Under the pieces are notes generated by a model. It was not told the DNA's origin. It was given only the letters and a program-made list of their open reading frames with translations, and ran no database searches. This document shows positions 1-13,014 of a stretch of DNA of 64,000 bases, one piece after another. The DNA comes from Mobula hypostoma. Taxonomy: Eukaryota. How positions within the stretch are numbered: the first letter of the stretch is position 1; each line of letters opens with the position of its first letter. The stretch lies in assembly GCF_963921235.1 (NCBI RefSeq), contig NC_086097.1:3844001-3908000 (forward strand), read 5' to 3'. The position numbers and the translations under genes were made by a program.

Positions 1-2563
1 AAATGCGCACTGTGCCAACATGGATAGCTGGTGCGAGCTGGAAACGCGCTAAAGAACGCACAGTGCCATTGACAGCACGTACCAAGAAATACAAATGCTG
101 GAAAAAAAACACTTCAATGATGTCATGAAGAGTTTCATTGCCATAATCTGTCACCTTGTAGAACGAAACCTTGCTTTCCGAGGCCACAATTCCACCCTAC
201 ATGAACCAAATAATGGGAACTTTCTAGGTCTGGTGGAGCTGCTTGCCGAGTTCGACCCAGTGGTGAGCGAACATGTCAGATGAGCAGAGAAAAAAGAGAT
301 TGCTGACCACTACATGGGGAAAACCATACGAAATGAGTTCATCACACTTATTGGAGACAAGACACTGGAAACGATAACAGAGAGAGTAATACAATCACGT
401 TACTACTCGGTGATAATGGACTGCACCACTGACGCTGCACACATAGAGCAGCTCTCTGTGACACTGCGCATTGTCACATGCCAAGTAAATGTCGGAGCCA
501 CTGTTAGTGAGCATTTTGTCGGTTTCCTACCAGTGCTTGACACAACAGGTGCAGGCCTAACCAACATTTTCTTAACGCATATGGAGAAGCTAGGATTAGA
601 TATCTCAAAATGCAGGGGCAGGCATATGATAACAGGAGCAATATGCAGGGGCAAAATAGCCAGGTGCAGAAGGGGGAGCTAGATATTAACAAACAAGCAC
701 TGTTCATGCCATGCACCAGCCACAGCCTAAATCTAGTCATTGTCGACGCTGCAAAATCAGCAGTGGAGTCTATGAGCTTCTTTGGGGTGCTGCAACGTCT
801 ATACACACTGTTCAGCTCATCGACATAGAGATGGGAGCTTTTCAAGGAGAACGTGCCACAGATGACCCTCAAGGCCATATCCAACACGCGATGGGAGTGC
901 CGCGTGGAAAGTGTGAAAGTTCTGCGCTACCAGCTTCCCGATGTTGGCAATGCGCTCCTGTCACTGATTGAACATGCCACACAGAAAGGTGACAGTGAAA
1001 CCACATCTGCAGCCAGAGGCCTAGAACAGGAGATCATGTCATGGAAATTCCTGCTGACTGTTATCATCTGGTACAATGTTTTACATGAGGTGAATCGTGT
1101 CAGCTAGCTACTCCAGAGCCCACAAGTGGGAATCAATGTGCTACAGCGCGAGGTGGAATATGTTCTGAAATTTCTCAAGGAATACAGAGAGAACGGCCTT
1201 TCATCCACCCAAACAGATGCCAGAGACGTAGCTGAAGAGATAGGAATGCTAATGGTCTTTCCTACTGCACGAATCAGAAAACCAAAACGCCAGTTTCACT
1301 ACGAGTCCCAAAGTGCAGATCATTCCCTGACAGTGGTACCCGAGGAATGGTACAAGAAAGAAGTTTTCCTTCCACTAGTGGACTCTGCCATCACAGGCAT
1401 TAATGAGCGCTTCAAGCTGATGGAGTCATTTTACAATCTGTTTGGCTTCATTTATGGAAGAGAGGAGATGAAAAAAGCCACCCAAAGTCGCACACTGAAA
1501 GACAGCTGCGTAAACATGGAGAGGACACTTGGTGATGTGGAAGCTGAGGACCTTTTGCGCGAGGTGTCGGCTGCTGTCAGTGCCGTGCCTGCAAAAGAAA
1601 CCACTGGCCTGCAGATTCTGAGCTACATTTACAGCAACAATCTGGTTGAACTGCATCCTAACTTCACCTTTGCTCTAAGACTCATGCTGACAGTGCTTGT
1701 GACTGTGGCGAGTGGAGAGAGAAGATTTTCGAGGCTAAAGCTCATCAAAACGCATCTGAGGACGACCATGCTCCAGGAGCGTCTGTCAGCTCTTGCTCAG
1801 ATATCAATTGAGTGTGAAATAACAAGATCGCTGGACAAAGATGAGCTCATTAAAGCATTCTCAGCCAGCACTCAAGCACAGGAGGGTGGTGAAGTTCTAG
1901 TGGTAAGTCTTTTAACACATTTTTAGCAGAAATAAAGTTTATAATTAAAATAATAAAATAAACCACGTATTTCACTCAAAATGTGTATAGGCAATTAGGC
2001 GGCGTTTCCACAAATCGTAATTTCTTTCTCCCGCTTGCGTCCCCTCTCTCTCTCACTCTCCTTCTGTTCGCTCCCCAGGCCTTGTGTGAGCTGTCCGTGG
2101 TGCTGAAAGAGTGCCAGACGCAGTTTGTTGTAAACTTCCAGTAGTTAACTTTCAGACACTGTTCATTGAATAAATAAAGTGTGAATTTTCATTAAATATG
2201 ACATTGCTTTTGTTGTTAATTTAATTAGAGGGAAATTGTTTAAGCTGTTCTTATATCAGCTGATACCTAACACATAGTGCCATTCAATGCAGACTATTTG
2301 CTGAAAGGGGCGAGGCTTCTCACTCCAAAGCAAAATATGTCATTGTTTCAGTTTTTAATTAAGAGAATTGTTTGGATTATGTTGAGCTGTCTGTCCATTA
2401 TGCTGAAAGTGTATATAATGCATCAACGTTTAAGTCCAAAATTATACCATTATTGATGCAAACCAACGAATATTCCCCTTTTTTCTTTCTTTTTTTTGGG
2501 AAGCGGGGGTAGGGCCTACATTGACTCTTGAAATGGGCCCCCAGATGCTTAAGGCTGCCTATG
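1..2563 (+). mobile_element. hAT DNA transposon (Tip100/ZMYM1-like transposase), decayed; 5' end outside window
   Basis: Collinear ORF pieces 95-1926 carry LAFRGH..NNGNFLGL, YYSVIMDCTTDAAHIEQLS, GQAYDN..NMQG, PCTSHSLNL, TRW and the C-terminal dimerisation motif VTVASGERRFSRLKLIKTHLRTTM..RLSALA. Broken by stops near 281, 826 and 1105 and a frameshift near 615. The probable right end (..aaggctgcctatg, about 2563) abuts CR1 sequence. Confidence 0.9.
2088..2107 (-). promoter_or_regulatory. RE1/NRSE (REST binding site) consensus match inside the hAT element
   Basis: Reverse complement reads TTCAGCACCACGGACAGCTC against the RE1 consensus TTCAGCACCACGGACAGCGCC. Confidence 0.7.
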
Positions 2564-4567
2564 CTCACCAATGCCTTATAAAGCCTCAGCATCAAATCCC
2601 TGCTCTTGGATTCTAGACCTCTATTAGAATGAATGCTAATATTGCATTTGCCTTTCTCACCACTGACTCAACCTGCAAGTTAACCTTTCGGGTATCCTGC
2701 ACAAGGCCACCCAAGTCCCTTTGCATCTCAGATTTTTGGATTTTCACCCCGTTTAGAAAATAGTCTGCACATTTATTTCTATGACCAAGTGCATGACCAT
2801 GCATTTTCCAACATTATATTTCATATCCCACTCTCTTACTCATTCTCCTAATCTGTCTAAGCCCTTCTGCATCCTACCTGTTTCCTCAACACTACTTGCC
2901 CCTCCACCAATTTTCGCATCATCTGCAAACTTGGCAAAAAAGAGCCATCTATTTCATCATCGAAATCATTTATATACAACATATAAAGAAGTGGTCCCAA
3001 CAACGACACCTGCGGAACACCACTAGTCACTCGCAGCCAACCAGACAAGAATCCTTTTATTCCCACTCGATGCCTTCTTCCAATCAGCCAATGCTCTCAC
3101 CATGTTAGTAACTTTCCTGTAATAACATGGGCACTTAACTTGGTAAACAGCCTCATGTGTGGCACCTTGTCAAAGGCCTTCTGAAAGTTCATATATACAA
3201 CATCCACTGCATCTCCTTTATCTATCCTACTTGTAATCTCCTCGAAGAATTCCAACAGGTTTGTCAGGCAGGACTTTCCCTGAATGAAACCATGTTGACT
3301 TTGTCCTATCTTGTCCTGTGTCACAAAGTACTGCATCACCTCATCCTTAACAATTGACGCTAACACCTTCCCAACCACTACTGGTCTATAATTTCCTTTC
3401 TGCTGCCTTCCTCCTTTCTTAAAGAGTGGAGTGACATTTGCAATTTTCCAGTCCTCTGCCATCATGCCAGAGTCCAATGATTTTTGAAAAATCATTTCTA
3501 ATGCCACCACAATCTCTAATGCTACCTCTTTCAGAACCCTAGGGTGCCGTTCATCTGGTCCGGGTGACATGTACATGTCTTTCAGCTTTTCAAGCAGCAT
3601 CTCCCTAGTAATCGTAACTGCACCCACTTCACTTCCTTCACACACTACAATATCTGGCACACTGCTAGCGTCTTCCACAGTGAAGACTGATGCAAAAGAT
3701 TTAGTTCATCTGCTATCTTCTTGTCCCTCATTATTATTTCTCTGCCTCATTTTCTAGTGGTCCTATATCTACTCTCATCTCTTCGTTTATTTTTTACATA
3801 CTTGAAAAAGTTTTTACTATCCTCTTTGATATTATTTGCTAGCCTGTTTTTATATTTCAACTTTTCTTTTCAAATGATTCTTTTATGCGCTCTCTGTAGT
3901 TTTTTTTTAAACTTCCCAATCCTCTATCTTCCCACTAATCTTTGCTTTGTTGTATGCCCTCTCTTTTGTTTTTACAATAGCTTTGACTTCCTTCGTCAGC
4001 CACAGTTGTACAATTTTGCCATTTGAGTATTTCTTCATTTTTGGAATACATGTGTCCTGCACCGTCCTCATTTTTCCCAGAAATGCATGACATTGCATCT
4101 CTGCTGACATCCCTGCCAGCATCTCCTTCCAATTTACTTTGACCAGCTCCTCTCTCATACCACTGTAATTTCCCTTACTCCACTGAAATACTGCTACGTC
4201 AGACTTTACTTTCTCCCTATCAAATTTCAACCGAACTCAATCATATTGTGATCACTGGTTCCTCGGGGTTCTTTTACATTAAGCTCCCTAATCGCCTCTG
4301 GTTCATTACATAACATCCAATCCAGTATGGCTGATCCCCTAATAGGCTCAACAACAAACTGGTCTAAAAAGCCATCTCTTAGGCATTCAACAAACTCACT
4401 CTCTTGAGATCTATTACCAATCTGATTTTCCCAATCAACCTGCAGTGCATGTTGAAATCTCCCATGACTATCATAACATTGCCCTTTTGACACTCCGTTT
4501 CTGTTTCCTGTTGTAATCTGTGGTCCACATCCCAGCCACTGTTGGGAGGCCTGTATATAACTGCCAT
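2564..4567 (-). mobile_element. CR1 LINE ORF2 fragment (endonuclease end plus RT), decayed
   Basis: ORF pieces VIYRPPNS, MGDFN, SPGPDERHPRVLKE, WKIANVTPLFKKG, KSCLTNLLEFFE, FQKAFDKVPH, TSGVPQ. Confidence 0.92.
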
Positions 4568-6024
4568 AATGATATATGTTATCATTATGTTTCTTGAGTT
4601 TATATTGAAGTTGCAATTGTCCTTGAGCACTTCCAATTAACTCTCTGAGACTTTGCAGGTGTCCAACTAAGTAATCTTGGACTTTTGTCCCCTATTAGAA
4701 CGGTTACTTGTTAGCTTGTAATTAGTCTGGGGTTTTATCGGCTGTGCACAGATTGTTTTGTGCAGAGTGCATTTAAAAGGGCAGTGCTAACTCTATACAT
4801 TTGCTCAATCATCTTGATTTTTGCTGATACAGTTCTGACCAAGTTATCAAAGGCTTCTAAGTTCCACTGTTTTGTTTTTTTTAATAAAATTCTGAGTTCT
4901 GTTTAACTCCTCTGAGTCTCTGTGTGAACCTACACTTGAGTGTGAAGATACAATGTGACTGTACGAGCGAGCTACCAATTCAGCAGAATTCGACTTGCGT
5001 TTAGCTCTGCTGCAGTGCACCAAGGTGCGGCAGTCGGTCGACACGAGATGCTGCAAGAGCCGACTGCGTCGACAAGACTTTCACAATGCCAAGTAGTCAG
5101 GAACATCCCTCACTGGGCCAGATAGTGTCAAGCGTTCACCCAACCTGCCCAATCCTGGGCACTGTGATGGGAACCCTGAGTCTTGCCGTGGGTTCTAACA
5201 CAGTGTTCTCTGGTCTTCAAGCTGCCACCTGTCAAGTTTCCCATTCAATGGAGCAAGATGGCAGATATGATCTCCCTCCTATTGGTTAAGGCTCTGGCGT
5301 GGGCTCTGCCACTGTGGGAGAGAGATGGCACATTAGTGAGTTCCATGTGAAGGGTCTTATTGGGGGCCGCAGACGGCTGGAAGATTTCTCCGCTGCAACA
5401 ATGGTTGCAGAGTATAGCCAGGTACTCCATCAAGTTCTTGACACTGGCACTTGAGAGCAGGTAGAGCAGAGAAGTCTCGTTGCCATGTTCTACAGAGACT
5501 GAATGAACCATCAAGAATGAACTGGCAGCCTGTGAGCCAGTTCAGAACTGCGATGGACTGATTGACTTAGCTATCTGACTTGATAATCGGATGTTGGACG
5601 GCCAGAGGGAGCATGTGGTGATTCCCTAGATTTGGTTCCTTCTGTCCCTGTTCTTCACCCACAGTTCCTACTCATCCAAGTACTTTAACCACAAGCAAGC
5701 AGGCCACACAGATGGGCAGGACCAGTCTCACTGAACCGTCCCACCTCTGCCAAGCTGGACAGGAGGATGCGAGAGAAATAGTACTTTTATTGCGCAGGAC
5801 AGGGGCACTTTTGACCTACTTTTCCAGGGAGGTGGGGAAACTCCAAAGACCGCCCAGTAGACAGAGGTGTGTGATGGTCCTGAAGATACTATCCTATGAT
5901 AAGGATACTATCCTTATCCTATGACATGAGGCCTTTTTATTGGCCAGGGGTGACTAGGAACTGGCCCATTGGGTGTTTATAAATTATGGCCTGCTGGTAA
6001 CCTTTTTAGACAGATTCACCATCA

Positions 6025-6953
6025 CTCAAGATGGCGCAAGAGTACAATGCTCCCTGGTTGACATCTTCCAGATGTCCACAAAACTGCTTATTTCACTTCT
6101 TTTCAGTCTGCTTTTCATCTTAAATGTGTTTCTGGAGCTGTTAAAGTCTGTGATTTACAACTTGGAGATTGTCTGAGTGATCCAATGCTTGGCTCTCTCC
6201 GAGAAGATTCCGGGAAGCGAGCTTGTATGCTCTCAAGACAAGGAACCTCAGAGACTGGGTTTGAGCCAATGTTCACATCCATTTCATTGACTAAAGCATC
6301 CATTAATCACCAATTAAACTAATAAGGAAAATTGAAACATCGAGGCAAATGTAGAAGGCGAGCGAGGGTTCAGCAGTGACTGCCAGCATTTGATTGCTGA
6401 TGGGATCCCTCTGCAGCCAGAGGAGTCTGTGTGGCAGCCTATCACTGTGTGGCTGGGGGATAGGCCTCTGCGTTTGAGTGTGTCTCTCCCTCTCTCCATG
6501 ACGTTAGACGAGGTTACCGAGATTCTGGGTTTATGGATTGGATTACTGCAAAGATGACCTGTGGCATTTTTCTGTCCTATGGCTTTCACGTTCCTTATTC
6601 TCACCCATTCTTTCTCATTCTGTTTTTTTGTGTGAGGGGAGGGGTTTGGGGTCAATACAATGTTCTGTTTAGTTCGTTATATTGTTCAGGGGGAGGGGAG
6701 TTTGGGGGTCAATGTTCTGTTTTGTTATATTGTTCAGGGTGAGGGGAGTTTGGGGGTCGATGTTATTGTTCCGTTTTGTGCAGTGGGAAGAGGGGTTTGC
6801 AGAGTTGGTGATCGTGTTGCCTTTTTTTGTGTGTGTGGGGGTGGGTTTGATGTTTTTCTTCGAATGACTACCATGGGTTTTCATTGTTTCTTGGCTCACT
6901 GGAGAAGATGAATTCCAGAGTTCTATACTGTTTACACACTTTGAACCTTTTGA
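6025..6953 (+). mobile_element. Non-autonomous LINE-tailed retroposon inserted in the Gypsy element
   Basis: Starts with caagatggcg (YY1-like motif typical of LINE 5' ends), contains about 48-bp internal tandem repeats at 6640-6770, and ends with a ttgaac-type tail like other fragments in the window. Confidence 0.5.
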
Positions 6954-9740
6954 AATTTACGATCTGGGGTGGCCCAACAGATGGGGGGTCCCAATCTCTA
7001 AGCTAGACCATCCCTTGATAGCCATCGCTCTTGATGGTAGACCACTTGTACCAGGCAAGATGTTTGATGTTTCAGAGCCTCTTCATTTCCGAATAGGGGA
7101 CATTTCTGAAATATTTCACTTTATCCATTCCCCTGGGATCCCCCTCATCTTCGGGTATCCCTCGTTGTTGCAGCATTCGACTGGTCTAATGGCAGTATCC
7201 TGGGCTGGGTTTCCAGCTGTCATAAGGTCCACTTCTCAGAAACTTCCCGAGGTCACGAGTCTGTCACCTGTGTTTCCCAGTCCGCCTTTGACACTCCTGA
7301 GTTTGCCACCTATGATGATTTAAAAACAAAATGTCACCCCGAGTGTTCCGACCTTCTTGAGGATTTTATTGAACAGATGGTAACCATACTATTACCCCAT
7401 CGGCACCGTGACTGTGCCACAGGATTATTGCCAGGGGCCTGTCCATCAATGAGGACCCAAAAGCCTGGCCATGCACTGGTATATTAAGAGACACTCACCT
7501 CAGGATTAACCAAACCCTCCACTTCTCATTTTCCTAACCAAAAAAGTTGGGAGCCTGAGACCTTCCATAGATTTTAGGTTAAAATAAGTTAGGAATTGCT
7601 ACCCCTTGCCTCTAATTAACACAGTGTTTGAATTGTTGCAAGGGACAACGACTTGCACAGAACTGGACCTGAGGAATGATTATAATTTAATTCATATTCA
7701 TGAAAGGGACGAGTGAAAGGCAGCCTTTAATACCCCGACAGGTCAACATGAATACTTAGTGATGCCCTTTGGACTGGTCAATGCTCCAGTTGGTTTAGAG
7801 ACATTTATTACTGATGCTCTGAGGGAAATGCTTAACATGTTAGTGTCTGTGTACCTCGATGGGCATATTGATTTTTTCAAACTCCCTGTCCTCTGAGGAG
7901 CATGTACCACACGCGAGGCAGTTTCTTGATGCCTGTTAAAAAATCGCCTGTTAGTGAAAGTGGAGAAGACTGAGGTTCACATCCCCAAAGTTTCTTTTTT
8001 GGGATCTATCATCTCCCAAGGAAATCTTCTTCTGGACCTTGAAAATACCCGTGGAGTTCAAGACTGGCCTCCACCTACTTCTGTTGAACAAATTCAACCA
8101 TGTTTTGGGTTCACAAACGTGTATATTAGGTTTATTCGAAACTTTAGCTCAATAGCAGCCCCACTAACCTACCTGACCAAAAAGACATTGGGTTCTGTCT
8201 GTTGGTCCCCGGAGGCTGAGACAACTTTTAACAATCTCAAGAACCATTTTGTTGCTGCCCAAATTGTACGTCCACCTGATCCTGAGCCACCCTTCACTGG
8301 TGAGGTAGATGCTTCTGGTATTGGAGTGAGTACTATTTTATCTCAGAGATCCACTGATCAGAAACTGCATCCCAATGCCTATTTTCCAAGATGTCCGTCA
8401 CCAGCTCAGGTGAATTACCACATCAGGAATAGAGAACTCCTGGCGGTGAAGTTGGCGATCGAGTGGCGGCAGCATTGGCATGAGGAGCTGAGGCACCCAT
8501 TCATCGTCTGGAAGGACCATATGAACTTGGCTTATCTTCGGGACGCGAAAAGACTGATTTCCCATCAAACCCATGGTCATTGTTTTTCAATTGTTTAATT
8601 TTATTATAACATATCGTCCTGAGTCTAAGAATCAGAAACATGATGCATTAGCAAGACAAATTGAGCCCCCCGATACAGTGAAGAGGTTGGAACCAGTCAT
8701 ACCAGGCCCAAGGTTAGTGGCCCCCATCTCGTGCGGTGTTGATTCCCAAGTAAGGCAAGCCCCTGAAGGTGGTGCTCTTGGTTCATTATTTGTCCCATCT
8801 GAGCTATGATCTGAGATTCTAAAACAGGGTCACACTTCTCGATAACATGTCACCCAGTAAGTATCTCGTGGACCTTAGAGTTCATTAAAAAAAGATGCTG
8901 GTGGTTCGGTATATACAGTAGAAGGCTTGTGACATCTGTGCCCGTTACAAAGATCCTAATACCCCTCCTCAAGTCCTTCTCCAACTTCTATTTGTTCCTT
9001 CATGCCCCTGACCTCACCTTTCTCTCTATTTTAATACTCGTCTGCTCCCCCACCTCTATTTTAGTTGTAGTCGATGGGTTTTCCAAGGCTTACTGTTTCA
9101 TTCCTCTAACCAGGCTAGCATCAGTCCGAGAGACTGCAGGTTTCCCCTATACATTGATATTGTTTTGGAAAGACGTCCCCAATTCACCTCCAAATTCAGG
9201 CAAGCATTTTTTAAGTTGATTGAAGCTACCTCTCGTCTTTCCTCGCGGTTCCGTGTTCAGACGGGGCAAAGCACACCTTTTACTGCCTGGCTTCTGGTAA
9301 TCCGTCCTCTTGGAGTGAACATTTAGTCTGGACGGAGATCACCCACAATCCCCCTCATGCATCATGGGTAAGTCCCCTTTCGAATGTCGCTTTGGGTTTC
9401 TGCCTCCCCTCTTCCAGATCAGGAGGCAGAGGTTGGGGTGAGATGCAATCAAAAGTTGCCCATGGCCCAGCAACAAGCCAAGGCCAACAGAAAGAGGCTG
9501 GGTCCCTCGCTCTATATTGGTCAGTGGGCTTTCCTTGTTCTTTGAGAATTCATCCCACTTTTCATGTGTTCAAATGGAAACCGTTACTTTGTAGTCCTTT
9601 GGCCCTGATTCCCAAGCCACCCCACCACCCTACCGTGGATCAGAGACAGTGAAGCTGTCTGCGCAGTCTGCAGACTGCTTAATTCACGGATATTAAGGGG
9701 ACTACAATACTTGGTAGATTGGGAGGGTTATGGTCAGGGA

Positions 9741-10117
9741 GCAGTGTCTCAGAAAGGCGGCGTCAATTATTAAAGACCTCCAGCACCCAGGGCATGTCCT
9801 TTTCTCACTGTTACCATCAGGTAGGAGGTACAGAAGCCTGAAGGCACACACTCAGCGATTCAGGAACAGCTTCTTCCCCTCTGCCATCCGATTCCTAAAT
9901 GGGCATTGAATCTTTGGACACTACCTCACTTTTTTTTAATATACAGTATTTCTGAACATTTTTGCACGTTTTTTAAATCTATTCAATATACATATACTGT
10001 AATTGATTCACTTATTATTTTTTTCTCTCTCTGCTAGATTATGTATTGCATTGAACTGCTGCTGCTAAGTGAACAAATTTCACATCGCATGCCAGTGATA
10101 ATAAACCAGATTCTGAT
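9741..10117 (+). mobile_element. Rex1/Babar-L2-type LINE 3' fragment interrupting the Gypsy chromodomain
   Basis: Encodes LPSGRRYRSLKAHTQRFRNSFFPSAIR and ends aataaaccagattctgat. The chromodomain frame resumes afterwards (DILNAEFISEFHHLHPD). Confidence 0.8.
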
Positions 10118-11254
10118 ATTAGGTTATTTCCGGGGATATTTTGAATGCTGAATTTATTTCAGAATTCCATCATTTACATCCAGATAATCCTGCGCTCTCA
10201 GGTTTCGGCTGCAGGGGATGGAGTTCTATCATGACTTCGGGTCATTGACAGAGTATTCTGAGAGCTTTGAGTTTTTTGCTGTTTTTTGTGTTCTCTGCGT
10301 CTTATTAATTGTAATTATCTGTATGGTTGCGCTTCGGGTTTTTTATCTGTTATCTTCAGGTCTTCTCGAGTTTACATTGAAGTTGCAATTGTCCTTGAGC
10401 ACTTCTCGAGACTTTGCAGGTGTCCAATTAAGAAACCTTAGACTTTTGTCCGCTATCAGAATGGTTACTTGTTAGTTTGTACTTAGTCTGGGGTTTTACC
10501 AGCTGTGCACAGATTGTTTCATGTGGAGTGTATTTTAAAGGCAGTGCTAACCCCTCAGTCATCATCCTTGCCAACAGTAGTTCTGGCCAAGTTATTCCAG
10601 ACCTTGTAAATTCAACTGATTTGTTTTGTTAATAAAATTCCTAGTTTTGTTTAACGTTTCCAAGTCTTTGTATGAACCTGCACTTTGGTCTGAAGATGTC
10701 GTGTGATTCTCGGGCTCGATGCAGCGTCTGCCCCCAGTGATGGCCGTCCAGGCGATGGACGTACTTGCATTCTCAAGAGTCAAGTTCGCTGTGTCATTCA
10801 GGATCATAGAAACACTAGTTCATTTAGACAGTTTATAGCTGCGGATTGTCGTTCAAACGATCTATATCTTGTAGTTTGTAAGCTGCCTGCTAAACATCTC
10901 TGCATATTGCCAACACCATCTGGCAGACATCCTATAATAAGCATCTAACTCTTTGCAAGTACTACTCATTTTTACATGGTTGCCAATTCAACTGTGGCAC
11001 ACAATACTTGTAAAATAATGTATGGAAAGCCTCTTTTTTTCAAATAAACTTTGGATACTCTTTAACTTTTGACCTTCTCCCTTCTGGGTAGTCCCTTTAG
11101 ACTCAGGATGACCTGCTCTCATTCCAGTTCCGTAGGCTTTCAGGCAGCAGATGATGATAATGGTGAGCCCACACACTGCTCTCAGTTTTGTAGGAGATGC
11201 ATGACAGGATGAGCATGTGGATAGTTATGGCAATGGTATGTTTCTGTCACTGCC

Positions 11255-11850
11255 ACACACACAAGATGCTGGGGGAACTCAGCAGGTCAGGCAACATCTG
11301 TGGAAATGAATTATGCAGTCGATGATTTCAACAGGACCCTTCATCAGGACTGGAAAGGAAAGAGGAAGAAACGAGAATGAGAAAGTGGGTCGGAGATGGA
11401 AGACAAGCTCAAAGGTGATAGGTGGACCCAAGTGGATGGGGGTAGGAGGATGAAGTAAGAGTTTGGGAGGTGCTTGGTGGAGAAGGTAAAGGGCTGGAGA
11501 AGAAGAAATCTGATAAGAGAGGGGAGTGGAGGAGGGGAACCAGGGAAAGGCGATAGGCAGGTGGGGAATTGAAGGGGGAGGGGAAGTTATCAGAATTTGG
11601 ATAAATTGATGTTCATGCCATTAAGTGGGAGGCTACTGAGGTGAAATGTGAGGTGTTGCCTCTTGTGGCAGAAGAGGAGGCCATGGACCAACATGTCAGT
11701 ATGGGAATGGGGATAGGAAACAAAATACTTGGCCACTGAGAAATTCTGCTTTTTGTGGAAGGGGCAAAGGTACTCTACAAATTGGTCTCCCAATCTATAT
11801 CTCACCACACCAATGTAGAGGAGGCCGCATCAGGAGGACCAGATACACTT
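11255..11850 (-). mobile_element. Penelope-like element 3' fragment (GIY-YIG endonuclease end plus pLTR with degenerate hammerhead)
   Basis: Minus strand CGLLYIG..YRLGDQFVEY..HSHTDMLVHGLLFC..QHLTFHLSSLPLNGMN. AGTC-CTGATGAAGGG..GAAA..TCGACT at 11317-11352. Confidence 0.85.
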
Positions 11851-12013
11851 TCACTGTTTGTGCTGTGCTCTCAAAGTATGTCTAAGGTTCCTACTGTTAT
11901 CCTGTATGCTCCTTCTCCACTTTAAGTGAACATGAGTCAGGGATTATAGAGAGTTATTGGCGAATTTGCACTTTTTCAGGAAGTCTTGAGAACTTCCTGA
12001 ACTGTTTTCCTCT

Positions 12014-12190
12014 GATCTCCTACCAAGATGGACAGAGTTTGGGACATGACAAACAAAGGGCCTGTCCAGCTCATTGGAACCAGCTGAGTGTAAATAGTGG
12101 GATCTCTTGCCAAGATAGGACAGAGTTTGGGACATGACAGACGGAGGGCCTGTCCAGCTCATTGGACTGAGCTGAATGTACATAGTGGGT
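12014..12190. repeat. About 87-bp direct tandem duplication
   Basis: Two diverged copies of gatctc..ccaagat.ggacagagtttgggacatgaca..agggcctgtccagctcattgga..agctga.tgta.atagtggg. Confidence 0.85.
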
Positions 12191-12194
12191 ACTG

Positions 12195-12840
12195 GTTGTC
12201 CATTGACTTTGATGATAATGATGTGCAGCTCATCTGATGTGCGTTTGGAGGTGACCATGGAGGCCAAATCTTGTACAGCATAGATATTCACAGTGAGGAC
12301 GAGGGAGTTGTCCTGATTCTGTTGGCAAGCCTGTTGCTGCTGCCCTCCTCATCTGCTGGGTGGTCTCCCTCCTTATTCCTCCTACGAGGTCTACTGCGTT
12401 TCTGCTTCCCCGTGATAACTGGCCAGAGAGCAGCTGGAGTCCTCCATGCGTCTATGATGTGCGATCCAACAGATTTGTGAAGTTGTGTGGGGATGATACT
12501 GATGTGGGTTCTTTTACACTGGTTATGGATTTGAAGAATTTTGCTGCAACAATGAAGCTGATGTCTGTCTCCCAAGTACTTGAGGTACCCGCTGTAGATA
12601 AACTCTGCCTCAGAAATTTTGGGTAGGCCAAGTCAGGTAGACCATGAGCTCGGTGCTGGGTTTGGGTCTTTCAATACTCTTTATCTCACCCGGCCCAAGG
12701 CAGTGGGCTGCACTGAATGTGAGGATAAATTCCATCATCATGTCGGCTATCAAAAGAGGGGTAGCTCGCTTTCCATTGTCGCCTCATGCATCTTTGTTGT
12801 CATTGGGCCATGTTGTATGGCTTGGGTCAATTGATAGAGA
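12195..12840 (-). mobile_element. RTE-clade LINE 3' fragment, old
   Basis: Minus strand LPWAG.., LPK.., DAWR and terminal PHCEYLCCTRFGLHGHLQTHIR* match the RTE C-terminal C..C....IGL.SH..TH pattern. Confidence 0.7.
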
Positions 12841-13014
12841 CGTTCATAAAGACAAGAGATTCTGCAGAAGCTGGAAATCCAGAGCAACGTACACAAAATG
12901 CTGGAGGAACTCTGCAGGTCAGGCGGATCTATGGAAATGAATAAACATTAATGGTTCAAAGGACGAAGAAGCTTTGTTTATTACATTAAATGTAAAGTCC
13001 ATTCAAGTTCAAGT

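Larger units (their letters stand above)
4578..10707 (+). mobile_element. Gypsy LTR retrotransposon with chromodomain (chromovirus, Sushi-like), decayed
   Basis: Direct-repeat LTRs at about 4578-4960 (5' part missing) and 10227-10707, the latter after a purine tract. RT motif YLVMPFGLVNAP near 7750, RNase H EVDASGIGV..LSQ and NYHIRNRELLAVK, integrase ILVVVDGFSK, chromodomain QYLVDWEGYG near 9705-9735. Confidence 0.9.

Noticed and set aside
95..1926. Domesticated ZMYM1-like host gene
   Set aside because: Multiple stops and a frameshift, no introns, and a transposon-like end inserted in a CR1.
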